Source: Camelus dromedarius
Taxonomy: Eukaryota
Direction: 5' to 3'
Length of the DNA: 64,000 bases
Assembly (NCBI RefSeq): GCF_036321535.1
Contig: NC_087436.1
Coordinates: 110,548,001 to 110,612,000 of the forward strand
Part shown: positions 25,664 through 38,064 of the stretch, in pieces
Position numbering within the stretch: position 1 is the first letter of the stretch
How the letters are laid out: every line of letters begins with the position of its first letter
The notes under the pieces: generated by a model
What the model saw: the letters and a program-made list of their open reading frames with translations, nothing else
Database searches by the model: none
What the model was told of the DNA's origin: nothing
Translations under genes and position numbers: made by a program

Positions 25664-26098
25664 TGTTGCTGCGCGCCGGAGATTAGTTGTTTATTAAACT
25701 ATTTTTCTCTCCCACCTGGGTACGTAACTAGACCATGGCTTCCAGCCTCCCTCCGGTGAAGTTGTGTGGCCACGTGACTGAAATGTGGCCAAAGGAATGC
25801 GGTGGGTGTGACGACCGTCATCCCCAGAGCTGGCCGGTTAGACCTTCCTGTGCAGAGCACCAAGCTCTCCCTATGACCACCTCTGCTAACTATATTCAGA
25901 TCATTTAATGGAGGGCCCAAGGCTCAGTGGATATTGGAGCAACTAGTTGGAAAGAGCCTGGGGCTTCCCTGACTCCATGGAGCTGAGCTATGATGCTAAA
26001 TCACATTGGATTGTAACATGCAGGAGAAACCTTCACTAATTAAGCTCAGAGACTCAGGGATTATTTATTACAGCAGCTAGTCTCCCCTGACCAATACA
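25664..26098 (+). mobile_element. MaLR LTR (MLT1I/H-like)
   Basis: 'ccagcctccct...gtggccacgtgactgaaatgtggccaaaggaatg' and the end 'ttattacagcagctagtctcccctgaccaataca'. Confidence 0.8.
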
Positions 26099-27192
26099 TG
26101 ATAAACTATTTATACTTGATATATTATTTGAACACATCTAATTTTTTTCTTAAAATTATTTATCATGGCATTATTGACTTTATCCTCTATTGTGATGCAC
26201 TGGCTAATTTTTTCTATTACATGAAAATAAAACCAAAAGTATTTTTTAAGGTTTACTGTATAATAAGCTTGTGATAATGTGCTACCCTAATCACGTCCCT
26301 GTGCTTGGCCAGGTTGTGCACCCCTTCTTCAGCCCAAACCCTGAATATCCAAAGCAATGTTCATGCCAGGATGTGCACACAGAGGCCCTGTGTCATCCCA
26401 GTCTAACAACTGCCCTTTAAGTCCAGAGGGCCCAGCTAGAAAGAACGGAACTGAGCAGAAACTCCAGAGCTACTCTGACTTAAAAGGCAGCAGAAGCCTC
26501 TTGGCAAAAGACAGAGTAACTATGGCCACATGCCTCTCTTGATTGCTCGGGCCTCGGACCTGCGGCCGCTGCAGTCTTTTAGGAACCACTGAGGACTGAA
26601 TGAGCAAGAATAGCGGCCCTTCCTACCATCCATCACTCTGCCTCTGGACAACGGAGCCAGCTACGCTCACTCTCTCCTGAGTTACCAAACCATGGGCTCC
26701 ATCCATGTAGATTTCAACCTGCACATTTAGGTGTCTGACCACAGAGCATCCCTCCAGCCTGCAAAGATAAACCTTCTAAACCCAAGACTAATGGTTCTAA
26801 AAATAAGCCAGAAGAATAAGAACTCCTGGAGGACAAGGACCACATCCTAATTATCTCTGATTCCCCCAAAAGCAGAGCACAAAATAGGCACTAAAGGAGC
26901 ATTTGCTAAACTGAACACCAACGGTTTATCTGTTCAGAAGAAAAAGAAAAGTTTTCATGTCACCTCATAGTGATCCACTCCACAAGAGAGAATTGTGCAA
27001 GAATGTCATGAAAGTATATTAGAAATTTTCAGTAGGCATACAGGTAGTAAGTGAGTTTTCCTTCCTAGAAAGGAAACAGAAAACCATGTCTGAAACCTCA
27101 CCGTAAAAATCAGACGACTGCTAAGCCTCATATAATTAAGACAGAGTCAGCATTTACGAGGAGTGAACTGCTACTGAAATTCAACTGCAACT

Positions 27193-27193
27193 A

Positions 27194-27226
<33 letters not shown>

Positions 27227-27230
27227 ACAC
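27193..27230 (+). repeat. (CA)n microsatellite with one interruption
   Basis: acacacac...actcacacacac. Confidence 0.95.
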
Positions 27231-28639
27231 TACACTGCTGCTTCATTAAATCATTTAAGTCTCCAGTGTTTGTGGTAGTGCTTAGAATGGTCTAATATTG
27301 AAAATAATGTCACCTACCCAAAACAGAAAAAGAGAGAGGGAGAGAGAGAGGGCAAAATATATTTAACGTAAAACCTGGTGACTCTCCTGCGTGGCAAAGC
27401 ACTAAGGAGTTACTCTGGCCCCAGACGTCTTTTCTGTGCAGGCTTTCTGAACTCTTCCCCTGTTATTTATGGAAAGATATGGCGGTGGGGGTGGGGGCGG
27501 GGGAAGCAGGCAAACTCTTTCCATGGCAACCCTTGCAGAACATGTTACACCTAATACTAGCCATCATTGCTTAGAGAGCACTTCTCACCAGGAAAAAAAA
27601 AATGCTTTTGACTTGATTATATGAGTATTTAACATCCATCAGGGAAAACATAAAGCAATTAAAAGAGCACTCACTCTGTCCCCTCAAGTGTTGAAACAAA
27701 GCTCTGATGCTTCCTTCTTTTTAATAAAATATTCATCTCTTTTGTGGAAGAATTGACAAATTTGTATAAATGTGGTAGTGCCTTAATGTGATAACCGGGT
27801 TCTACCATTGCTCTAAGGTTAAAGATAATGAGTTTGTTTAAGATTTCTTTCCTGTGTTTTCCATCCAAAGTGAAAATGTTCCTCCCCAGCAGCTGTTTCC
27901 TTTCAGGTATTTACCCCCAGGTTACCATGGCTTTACTTCTGAATCATCCTGTCCCTACTGTCACTGGGCCAATGTGCTTTCAGTCTCTCTCTCCCTCTGC
28001 CTCCTCCCACCTCCCAGCCTTGTGAGTCTTTCAGAGACAAGCAAACATCCTTGTTCTCTCTCCTGCTTTTGCTTTTAATTACCTTCTCTGAGCTCTGGCT
28101 TCCTCTGTTTTAGAGAAGCCTCATCGAATTGCCTAATATGTAAATACGGTCAGGCTACAGGAACATAGACACCAAGGAAAAGAGGTCAATGAGATAGCAC
28201 TGCATCAACAACTGGGTGTGAGGCAGACAAGAAGCCAGGTTTTCATTTCTGGTTGTCAGTCCACACCGGGAACACACGGAGTTGTTCTCCAAAAAGTCCT
28301 AGCTTCTAGGACTAGCCCGAACAAAATGTCATATATTTTCAAGGGTTAGATTAATCAGAAACCCTTTACAGACATGCTCAGAAACACACCTCTATTCTGA
28401 TAGTTGATAGAGTTCATTGACAGATTCAAAAAGCACTTGGGAATGACCATGTTCTAGGAACTGTGCTGGAACACAATAATGCCTGTTAATTTTTGCAGTC
28501 TCAGTTTTGATGGTAAATGCTCTGGAAAGCATCCTCTAACTTTTACAGCTGAGTCAGGTAGCCTCCTCTGTGTTTCCCTGGCACCTTGAGTTTAAACTTA
28601 AGGTAGTACTAATTGTTTTGTAATTAATTTCTTCTTTTT

Positions 28640-28882
28640 ATAATAGGATAGGCTCAGTTAAACTTCAGGAGCAAATAAACTACCAAATTTCATTAGCCAA
28701 ACAAATCTGAAATTCTCATTTAAATCGCCATCCAGTGTAGATGGGGTGGACCTATGGCAACGCTCTTATCTAAGGACACACTAAGGGACTCAGGCTGCTT
28801 GTATCCCCAGTGCAGTTCCACTATGCAGAAACCTTTGCTTTCAGCTAAATTCACAGAATAAATGGCGGGGGTGGGGGGGAAC

Positions 28883-28915
<33 letters not shown>

Positions 28916-29050
28916 TATCAAAACAGTGGAGGTGCCATACATGCTCTTAACTATCTCAAAGGAGTTAAGAATTGACAAGAACTAGTGATATTGACCCCAT
29001 GCAAATCGAGGATGGGAAATGTGGAGGAACATACGGACATTTAATAAGAA
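28640..29050 (-). mobile_element. Old MaLR LTR (MLT1K/L-like) with an internal (GA)n at about 28883-28914
   Basis: 'aggataggctcag...actaagggactcaggctg...agaactagtgatattgacccca...gggaaatgtggaggaa'. Confidence 0.55.
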
Positions 29051-29149
29051 ATGTGATACTCTGTTCTGATATGCAAAATTAAGGACAGAGACTGGTTATA
29101 TGAGAATGTTATAGCGTGTCATCATGTTTGTGTCTGATAGGAATTAACC

Positions 29150-30356
29150 AACAGACACAGAAAATTCAACAAGATTGATTTACAAAGGCTTATTAATGAA
29201 AGAGTTCAACATATATACTTGACATAAGAGTAATATAGAAGATCACTTTTATTGCTAACATAACAGCAATAAATAAGTATAACATGCAAGTTTTTTAAAA
29301 AGACAATTTTTACAAAGGAAGACAAACTGTAAGATGTGTGGGAGAATAAAATGGTTCCTTCACTTTGGCGAACTGTTTGACAACTTGTTATAAAGTTACG
29401 TATCTACCTGATGACTTAGCAATTCTATTCCAGGTATTTGTCCCAAAGACAGAGAGGCGTCTACCCACAAAGAGAACCTCCCAGTTTTCTTAGGAATTCT
29501 TAGAAGATTTGCTCATAATAGGCATAAAACTGGAAACAACCCAAATATCTATAAATGCATTGTAGTATAATCATCTAAAAGACTAGTACACACAATAAAA
29601 TCAAATAAAATGCTGCTCATGCAACAACACAAAAGAACCACAGAACATCATGTTGAAGATAAGCTAGACACAAAAAAGTGCAGATGGTATAATCTGATTT
29701 ATAGGAAGAAGGTCCGTGAATAGGCAAAACTAACGATACAAATCAGAAAGTACTTATTTTGGTGGTAAATGAAAATTTCATAGGAAAGCATCATGAAAAC
29801 CTGTCTGGGGTAGTGAAAATGATCTACATCTTGTTTGGGATATACAAAGGTTGATATAACTATCAAAACTTACCAAGCTGAACACTTACAATCCATGAAT
29901 TTTATTTTATTTAAACAATATTCAATATGACAGCAAAGAAAGAAACCTGTAAGTATCCAGAAGTGAATTTTCAAAGACGTTCAAGACTGTCCAAAATAAT
30001 TTATCAGACTTTATTGAAAACTACTAATGAAAATATATATCATAATTATGGAGAGGAAATCTCAATTTCATAAGAGTAATAATTCTCATTAAATAAATCT
30101 ACATATTCCATGAAATTGTTCTCAGTTTCAACACCCATTTGTCTGAGTGAATATGTGTGTGTGTGTTTATATGATCACCTCAATAGCTGATTAAAGAATT
30201 TATACAGAAGAATATAGAGCCTAGCCTAGCCATGATAACCTTGGAGAGTGATCATAGTAAAAGAATGAGTAGAAAAATGATGGAGAATAAAAAGATTTAA
30301 TTTATCAGACAGTAAGATACACCATAACAAATAATTTAGAAAAATACATATTGGAG
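29150..30356 (+). mobile_element. Ancient L1 ORF2 fragment with a nested L1 3' end (about 29334-29942)
   Basis: A-rich decayed ORF2. The insert has 'gacttagcaattctattccaggtattt' and 'aaactggaaacaacccaaatatc' and is flanked by AAACTGTAAG / AAACCTGTAAG. Confidence 0.7.
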
Positions 30357-30565
30357 TGTTGAAACTAAAAACTGTTGTTTCTCCAGTAAACAAAAAAAAT
30401 ATATAGAGATTTATTCAAAATCAGCAGAGAATTGCAATTTGGGATCTGCAACCACAATTAGTCACATGCAAGTCCTTATACAGCAAGGAAATGATAACTT
30501 TTTTATAGAGGGGAAAGGAAGTTAGAAGGGCTGTAGTAAACAAAGACCTCATGGCTTTTCATTGG
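30357..30565 (-). mobile_element. 3' part of an ERV1-type LTR (likely the 3' LTR of the provirus at 32290-35484)
   Basis: On the minus strand, in LTR order: CCAAT (30561-30565), TATAAAA (30501-30507), AATAAA (30410-30415) and terminus ...TTTCAACA (30357-30364). Confidence 0.75.
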
Positions 30566-32288
30566 CAAACTCTTTACCTCTCTACAGTTCAGAATGATAA
30601 TCTTGCCACATAAGAGTATCCTTGGTTGTCAATTTTTTTCCTTCCAGCACTTTAAATATATCATGCCACTCCCTTCTGGCTGCAGTTTCTGCTGAAAAAA
30701 ATCAGCTGACAGTCTTACAGGGGGTATGTGACTTTGTTTTTTTCTTACTGCCTTTAAAATTTTTGTTTTATCTTTTGCTATTTTAATTATGAGGCTTGGT
30801 TCTCTTTGAGCTCATCTTGTTTAGGACTCTCTGTACTTCTTGGGCTTGGACTTGGATATCTGTTTCCTACCGGAGGTTAGGAAAAGTTCTCAGCCATTAT
30901 TTTATCAAATACATTTTCTGCCCTTTTCTTTCTCTGTCTTATCCTTCTGGGAGCCCTATAATGCATATATTAGTATGTTTGATGATGTCCCAGCGATCTC
31001 TTAAACTATCTTCATTCTTTTTTTTTTTTTTTTTTCTTTTTGCTGTTCCAATTGGGTGATTTCCATTATTCTCTCTTTCTGGTCACTTATGCATTCTCCT
31101 GTAAAACTTAATCTACTGTTGATTCCCTCTAGTGCATTTTTAATTTCACTCATTGTAATTAGCTCTAATTTATATTTTCTATTTTCTTTGTTGAAGTTCA
31201 CACTGTGTTCCTCTATTATTCTCCTGAGTTTTGTGAGCATTTGTATAACTGTTGCTTTGAACTCTTTCAAGTAAACTACTTCTTTCTATTTCATTAAGGT
31301 TTGGGAGGAAGGTAGGATAGGGGTTACTATCTTGTTCTTTTATTTGGAAGATGTTCCCCTATCATCTCATTTTGCTTGACTTTCTGTTTGTCTCTATGAA
31401 ATTAGACAAAACAGTTACCTATCCTGGTCTTGAAGGTGTATCCTTGTGTAGGAACGTCCGTATGCAGACTGCTTGTGCCCAGTGGCTTTTGCAGGAGGGC
31501 TGGAACTAAAATTAGTATGGACCACGGAGCCAGGGCTTCTCTCAGGGCACTCTGGCAGCTACTACCTTGGTGGCGTGGCTGAAGCCAAAAGGGCTAGATT
31601 TAAAACCTGGTGCAGAACAAGGTTTCTCCTGAGGCATGTTGATGTCCACTGTCTTGAAGAGGGCAGAGCTGGAGCTGGAGATTGATATGAGCCAGGGCTT
31701 TACCAGGGGTGCTCCACGGCTGCCACCTTGGTGGGCATTGTTAGTGCCAGAGGTTAGCACAGGCTAGGGGATACGCTGGAGCAGTCTTGGTAGGCCAGCT
31801 AAAGCATTAGACACTTTGCAATCTGCTGTCTCTGTGCTGGGCCTAAGAATATGTAAGTTTTTGTGTGTACCCTTTTAGTGTGGAATCTCAGTTTCCTACA
31901 GCCCTCTGATTCTCTTGGTCATAAGCCCCACTGGTTTTCAAAGCCAGTTAATGAGGCTTGTCTTCTCAGTGCCAGACACCAGAGCTGGGGTGCCCAGTAT
32001 GGGGCTCAAGCCCCTCACTCTTTAAGGAGGAACTCCAAGGCGTGATATCTCCTTCTTCTTTCAGGTCACTCACTGGGTTGGTGGGTCCTGACTGTATTAC
32101 TTCTCTTCCCCTTCTACTCATCTCGGTGTGGTCTTTTTCTTTCAATCCTTACTTGTCAAAGAGCCATTTTGTACTAGCCTTCAGGTCATTCTCAGAGAGT
32201 CTTCTCTACACGTAGTTGTAATTTTGGCGTGTTTGTAGGAGAAGGTGAGCTCAGGGTCTTCCTAACTGTCATTTTGATCCCATTTCTC
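30566..32288 (-). mobile_element. L1 5' half (5'UTR plus decayed ORF1), missing ORF2 and 3' end
   Basis: Minus strand begins 'gggatcaaaatgacagttaggaagaccctgagctcacc', an L1 5' start. ORF 31001..31270 (KEFKATVIQMLTKLRR...EIKNALEGINSRL...ERIMEITQLEQQKEK) is the L1 ORF1p coiled coil. Confidence 0.9.
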
Positions 32289-32289
32289 T

Positions 32290-34300
32290 AGCTAGTTTTT
32301 CTAAGTTATCATGTGGGGGAATATCCCTTTGGATCGTGACAGAGGTTTGACTACTGTTGGTCCATTTAAGGGCAGTATTTCTTATAGAAATGTCAGCAAG
32401 GTGATTTCTCAAATTTAGGGTGCCCCAGAATCTTAATGATAGTTAAAGCAGCAGGTAGAGATATTATATCCAATAATCCCTGAACATAGGAGCCATTTTT
32501 AAAGTTTTATTTTTGCTGGAAGTAAAGAAGCCACATTGCTTTCACAACATTCCAATCTCATGAGCTACTCCAAAAGCATATCTACTATTAGCATAAATAT
32601 TGGCAGTTTTGCCCTTGGCTAAAGCACAAGCCCATGTAAGAATGTATAATTAAGACTGTTGGTCTGAAGTAACCATAGGTAAAGATGCTGCTTCAACAAC
32701 ATTGAGAAGAGTTGCAATAGCATATCCAGCACAATATTTGCCATTATTATCTTTTAAATAAGAGTCATCAGTGAACAATGAGAAGTCAGTGCTATCCTTA
32801 AAGAATTTCCTGCAGCGCATCACAAGGGAATCGGGAAGTGGTACCTCAGCATTAAGCTATCATGAGAGACTTTGTCAGCGATGGAGGGAAGAAGAGTAGC
32901 AGGGTTAAAGTTATTACAATATAAAAGAATTCTGTGAGAAGCAGTTAACAAAAGGACTTCATAAGAAGTAATGTGGCTGACTGAGAAATGTTGAGTGTGA
33001 CAAGAATTCAGGAGAGTTTCTACAGCATGAGGTAGAAAAATGGTTAAAAGGGATCCCACAGTGATTTTCTCGGTGGCCTTAACCAAGAAGGCAGTGACAG
33101 TAATGGCTCTAAGTTAAAGGGGTGTATTCCCATTTCACAGGATCCAGCTGCTGGCTCTAATACCCAATGGACTGATGGTGATCTCTGTGTTTTGGGGTGA
33201 GTACCCCTGTGGTCATTCCCTTTCTTTTCATATACAAAAAGGAAAAAAAGGAATCTGATAATTGGGATGCCCAAGGGAAAGTGGGTTCTTCAAACTCTCA
33301 TTTGAGGCTAGAAATGTTGTCTGGTTATTCCCATAAAATTGGGTTAGGGCTGTTATTCTTTAGTAAGACATACAGGGGTTTGGCCATAAGAGAGAAATTT
33401 AAAATCCAATTTCAGCAATAACCAACTAGACTGAGAAAAACTCACAGCTGGTGCTTAGTTGTGGATTTTGAGAAACTTAGGACACCACGGATCTTACGGT
33501 AGCCTTTGTTCTGATATCAGATGCCTTAAATATCAAATCTGGGTTTGAACAAACTCCAATTTTTCTTTGATCACTTTATGTCCTTTTAAGGCTAAAGACT
33601 TTAACAAATGGATGTCACTTTCCTGTGGGGATATTTGAGAAGGAGAGCAAAAAAGCAAATCATCCACATATTGCAACAAAGTAGAACCTCTAGGGAACTT
33701 TATATCATCAAATCAGCCTTCAGAATTTGTGAGAACTAAGGACTCTCAGTAAAACCCCAAGGCATTACTGTCCAGGTGAATTGTTTTCCTTCCCAAGTGA
33801 AAGCATAAAGGTATCAGCTAGCTTCATCAACTAAATACTAAAGAACACACTGCATACATCAATTACATTAAAGAACTGGCTTCTTGGGAATGGATGTTAG
33901 TAACATATGAGGGTTAGGAACAGTAGGGTACTGAGAGACAGTAATGCTGTTTATTGCTCAGAGGTCCTGGACAAATCCCCACCCTCAGCCCTAAGGTTTT
34001 CTCACCAGCAGAACAGGAGTAATGCAGGGACTAACACAAGGGATAATGAGGCCTTGAGCCTTGCAATCTTCTCTTACGGTCTTCATGCCTAGAAAGACTT
34101 CTTCCTTTATAAGATATTGATTAATTCTGGGAAGAGGTTTCAAGGGATCTATTTGAAACTTGATGGGAAGTGCACTGTGAATTTTGCCAACATCATTTGG
34201 AGATTTTGTCTATCAGGAGGGTGGCAGCTGATTCAGTAAGGACAGATGATCAGCGTGTCCAGAATCAGCTCTAGAACTGTCAGAGTTCCAGCAAATAAAA
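32290..34300 (-). pseudogene. pol: Decayed class I (ERV1, gamma-like) retroviral pol: RT, connection and RNase H
   Basis: FTWTVMPWGF (33751-33780), LLQYVDDLL with YVDD at 33659-33670, NPATLLP in ORF 32820..33086, LFTDDS (32761-32778), ALAKGKTANIYANSRYAFGVAH (within 32521-32640). Many stops and frameshifts. Confidence 0.92.
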
Positions 34301-34329
34301 CATGTCAAAGTGTCATTTAATTCATGTGG

Positions 34330-35484
34330 TTGGCTGATTTGATGACTTTTGTCAAGCTCTAAAATGACTTATCACTTTTCGGAGAAAGAAATTCTATCAT
34401 GATACTTAAAGTTTTGGCCTAATAGCAGAGTAACTAAGGAGCAAAGGTGTGCATCTCTAAGGTTCTCAACAAAAGGAAGTAGGTTCAGAGATAAGTACCT
34501 CTTAAGGTTCATTAAAAATTCCCACTATTTGAACAGTTTTAGTAGGTCAAGGCAGGGCTGCTTTATAGAGTGGGGTTGAGCAAAATTAGGACTGGAAGAG
34601 ATTCCTTCCCAGTCTAAAGAAATGTTTCCCCAAGCTGATTAAAATGGAGGACTGGGAAGAGCTCCTGAGATCCTTAGAGCCCTGTCATTGAGAATTGGGA
34701 GGACAGTGGAAACGAAGGTTAGAGGGCTGAAGGCATCTGAAGTGCTTCCATTTGTAACAATCTATTTTCTAAAAGCTCTATTTCTGTCTATCATGTTTAT
34801 ATCTATCTGTTCTATTTCTAATAGCTCTTTGCAATTACAGCAGAAACTAGGATTTGGTTTCACTTAGCAGTTTTCAATTGCTGGAGTTGAAGATTAAGAA
34901 TTCTGGCGGTCTTCCTTTTAGATGACTCATCTAGAGTGTGAGAGGACTGCTCGGCCAGATTCACTAAATATGAAGTGGACACAGTTTTCCATTCCATCCT
35001 GGTCCTTTTGACTAAAAGGGAAAGGTCCTGGTTAATAAACATAGAATTGAAAGCTACTTATATGGCATCAACATCTGAGTGAAGACCAGAATTTTCTCTA
35101 AAAATAATCTGAAGTTGATTGTTAATAGCCATGAACAGGTTCACCATTTTTTGTGTGTGCAAGCCTGAATTTTGTTCCAATCAACAGGCTTTGGAAAAGC
35201 CCTAGGAATTGCTTGATGAAATCACTTGGTGATTACCTGAGCTACAATGTATACATGTCAGTGTGCTGGTATCTCAGTTGTAATTCTAGAGACGTTTCAG
35301 CATTTTCTCAATTAGTGGTTTGCATTCAACCAAGTCTGTGAACTAACTGATTTAAGTCAGAGAAACCAGAGTGATAAGTTTGAATGACTACATTAAGTTC
35401 CTAGGCAAATCTGTGAGGATCTTCAGTTACTTTGGGAAACTCTTTGACTATGGTTTGCAGTTCAGCTTTTAACCCCACGTATCC
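34330..35484 (-). pseudogene. gag: Decayed ERV1 gag (capsid/MHR onward) and protease remnant
   Basis: HQAIPRAFPKPVDWNKIQACT / GEPVHGY / LQIIFRENSGL at about 35080-35218 (major homology region, frameshifted); ORF 34860..35042; protease-like KTVQIVGIFNEP at about 34505-34540. Confidence 0.8.
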
Positions 35485-36288
35485 TTATTTTGTTAAACAA
35501 CTTTATTAAATTATAATTGATATACAAAAATCTGTACATATTTAATGCATTCAACTTGATGGATTTGGAGATAAGTATACACAGGGTGAAATTATCTCCG
35601 CAAACTATGCCATAAATGTATCTATCACCTCCAAAAATTTCCTCCCACCCTCTTTAATATTTTTTATTATTTTTGAGAAAAGAACACCTGACATAAGATC
35701 TACTTGCTTAGAAAGATTTTACAATACAGTATTATTAACTCCAGGCATTGTGCTGTACATTAGAGGCCTTACTCACCTTGTATAACTGAAACATTGTACC
35801 TTTTAACTAATATCTCCGTGTCTGCCCACCCAGCTCCTAGAAACCACTGCTCTAGTCTACTTCTCTGAGTGTGACTGTTCCTCATCTAAGTGGTATAATG
35901 TAGTATTTGTCATTCTGTGTCTGGTTTATTTCACTTTTCATAAGGTTTTCCGGGTTCATCCATGTTGTCACAAATGGTGGAGTTTTCTCCTTTTTAAAGG
36001 CCAAATAATTTCTATTATATGTATATATCACATTTTCTTTATCTATTAACTCATCAATGGACATTTTGTTTGCTTCCTTGTCTTAGCTATTGTGAACAAT
36101 GCTAAAATGAACATGGGAGTGAACATATAACTTCAAGATCCTGATTTCAATTTCTTTGGATAAATACCAAGAAGCAGGATGGCTGAATTGTATGGTAGTT
36201 CTATTTTTAATTTTTTGAGAAAACTCCACACCGTTTTCCATAATGACTGCACCAATTTACATTCTCAGCAACAGTGTACAAGGGTTCC
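35485..36288 (-). mobile_element. 5'-truncated L1 3' end (L1MA9/10-like)
   Basis: 'actttattaaattataattgatatacaaaaatctgtacatatttaatg...ttggagataagtatacac' through 'caacagtgtacaagggttcc'. Confidence 0.9.
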
Positions 36289-36289
36289 A

Positions 36290-38042
36290 AAATGTCTTCA
36301 CTCTCATTTGCAGCAAAACTCCTTGAAAAATAGTTGTCTGGAATTGCCATCTCCGATTTTTCTCTTCCCATTCTCTCTTAAGCCCATTCTAACCACTCCT
36401 CACTCCCACCCTTCCACTGAAAAACATCTATCAAGGTCAACAATGACCTCCTCGTTTTACCTGTATCTTTAATACAATTGATCATTTCCTTCTCTTTGAC
36501 AAGTTTCCTGCCTTTCGAGTTAGCACACTCCCTTTGTTTCCCCTCCTCACTGGTCATTCCTTCTCAGTCTCCTTTCTGAGTTTTTGCTCTTCTCTTTGAC
36601 TGCTTGATTTTGAAGTAGCCCCAGATTCAATTCTCTATTTATACTTAAAACCTTACTGATCATAACCAATCCCATGGTATTAAATATCATCTACATACCT
36701 ATGCCTTTCAAATATAAGTCTCCAGCTCAGACCTTTCTCTCAAACTTGACACATATATACAACTGACTCCTCAAGTTCACTTGGATGTCTAGTAGTTAAA
36801 CTCAAACAATACATAAACTCCTGACCTTCTGTCCAAACTGCTGTACATGTAATACCCCCATTTCAGTTGGTAACTCCATCCTTGCAATGGTTCAAGTGAA
36901 AGTCCTTGAAATCACCTTTGACCCTTTTTTTCCTTCCACATCCCAAACCCAAACCAGAAGGCTCTGCTTTCTCAGGCACTTGCATTGCTACCACACAGAT
37001 GAAAGATCACCATTTCTTTCTGAGTTACTGACAGTAGCCATCTAACAGGTTTCATCAAATAAGTTAACTGCTGTAAAAAACAATCCCCAAATTTGAGTGA
37101 CCTAACACAATAAAAGTTTATGTTTATCTCATGCAAAGCTCAAAGCAGATGTCCCCTAATCTGGTGGTTCTTCTGGGATACTCTCCTCCCAGCTCTACTA
37201 TAAAACCCCCAGATTGCCACCTTCCATCTCGTGGGTCTATAATTCCTAGGGCCTCAGGGCCTCTGCAGGAGGTGACATAATCATCTGCGGTCACACTGCA
37301 CTGGCTGGAGCTCAGTCACCTGGTAAGGTTAGCTGAAAGGGATGCTGGGAAATGCTGAGGAACACAAGCCTCCCCACTTTTATGCTAGTCTCTCTACATC
37401 TGTCCTCATCACAACAGCCAGAGTGATCTTCTTAAAACATAAATTAGATAATGTCACTTCTCTGCTTAGAATCCTGGGATAGCCCATTTTCCTCAGACAT
37501 GAAGCCAGGACCCTAGCAGTCACCCACAAAGCTCTGCAACATCAGGAACCCCCATTAGCCACCTCCTCCCACTTGCTGCTTCTCTCCTCCGATGCTTCTC
37601 TGCTTCAGCCACATTGGATTCTTGCTGTCCTGCAGGTTTGCCAGGCAAGCTCCCAGCTCGGTGCTTCGGTCTGTCTGGGCCTTTTGCTTGGGTGGTATCT
37701 GCATAGATAACCCCTTCATGTCTTTCAAGTCTTTGCTCATGTATCCCATGTTAATGAGGCCAACTCTGAACACTCTATTTACTGCAGCTACAGTAGATGC
37801 CAACCCTCTTCTTAGAACTCCCAATTCTCCTCCCTTCTCTGGCATCCCCCACTCCTATTCTCCAGGCCTGATAGTCCTAATCCCCTTCTCCTTCTTAAAA
37901 TGTTTATTTGTTTTCTCTCATTCTACTAGAACGTAAATATAAAGGCAATGACTTTTTTTATTTTTTAGCATATTGATAACACCTACAATGGTGGCTGGAT
38001 TCAAATCGAAGCCCAATCCATATTTTTCTTTAAATGAACAAG
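36290..38042 (+). mobile_element. Long L2 fragment interrupted by a MaLR LTR (about 37030-37368, minus)
   Basis: 'tcaaggtcaacaatgacctcc', 'cacttggatgtctagtag' and 'cagccagagtgatcttcttaaaacataaattagat'. The insert has 'aacaatccccaaatttgagtgacctaacacaataaaagttta'. Confidence 0.85.
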
Positions 38043-38064
38043 TCAATTCTCACTACCACCTAAC

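Noticed and set aside
30357..35484. Domesticated or still-coding retroviral gene (env/syncytin-like, intact gag or pol)
   Set aside because: No env or integrase sequence remains, and the longest ERV-derived ORF in the track is 88 aa; stops and frameshifts occur throughout.
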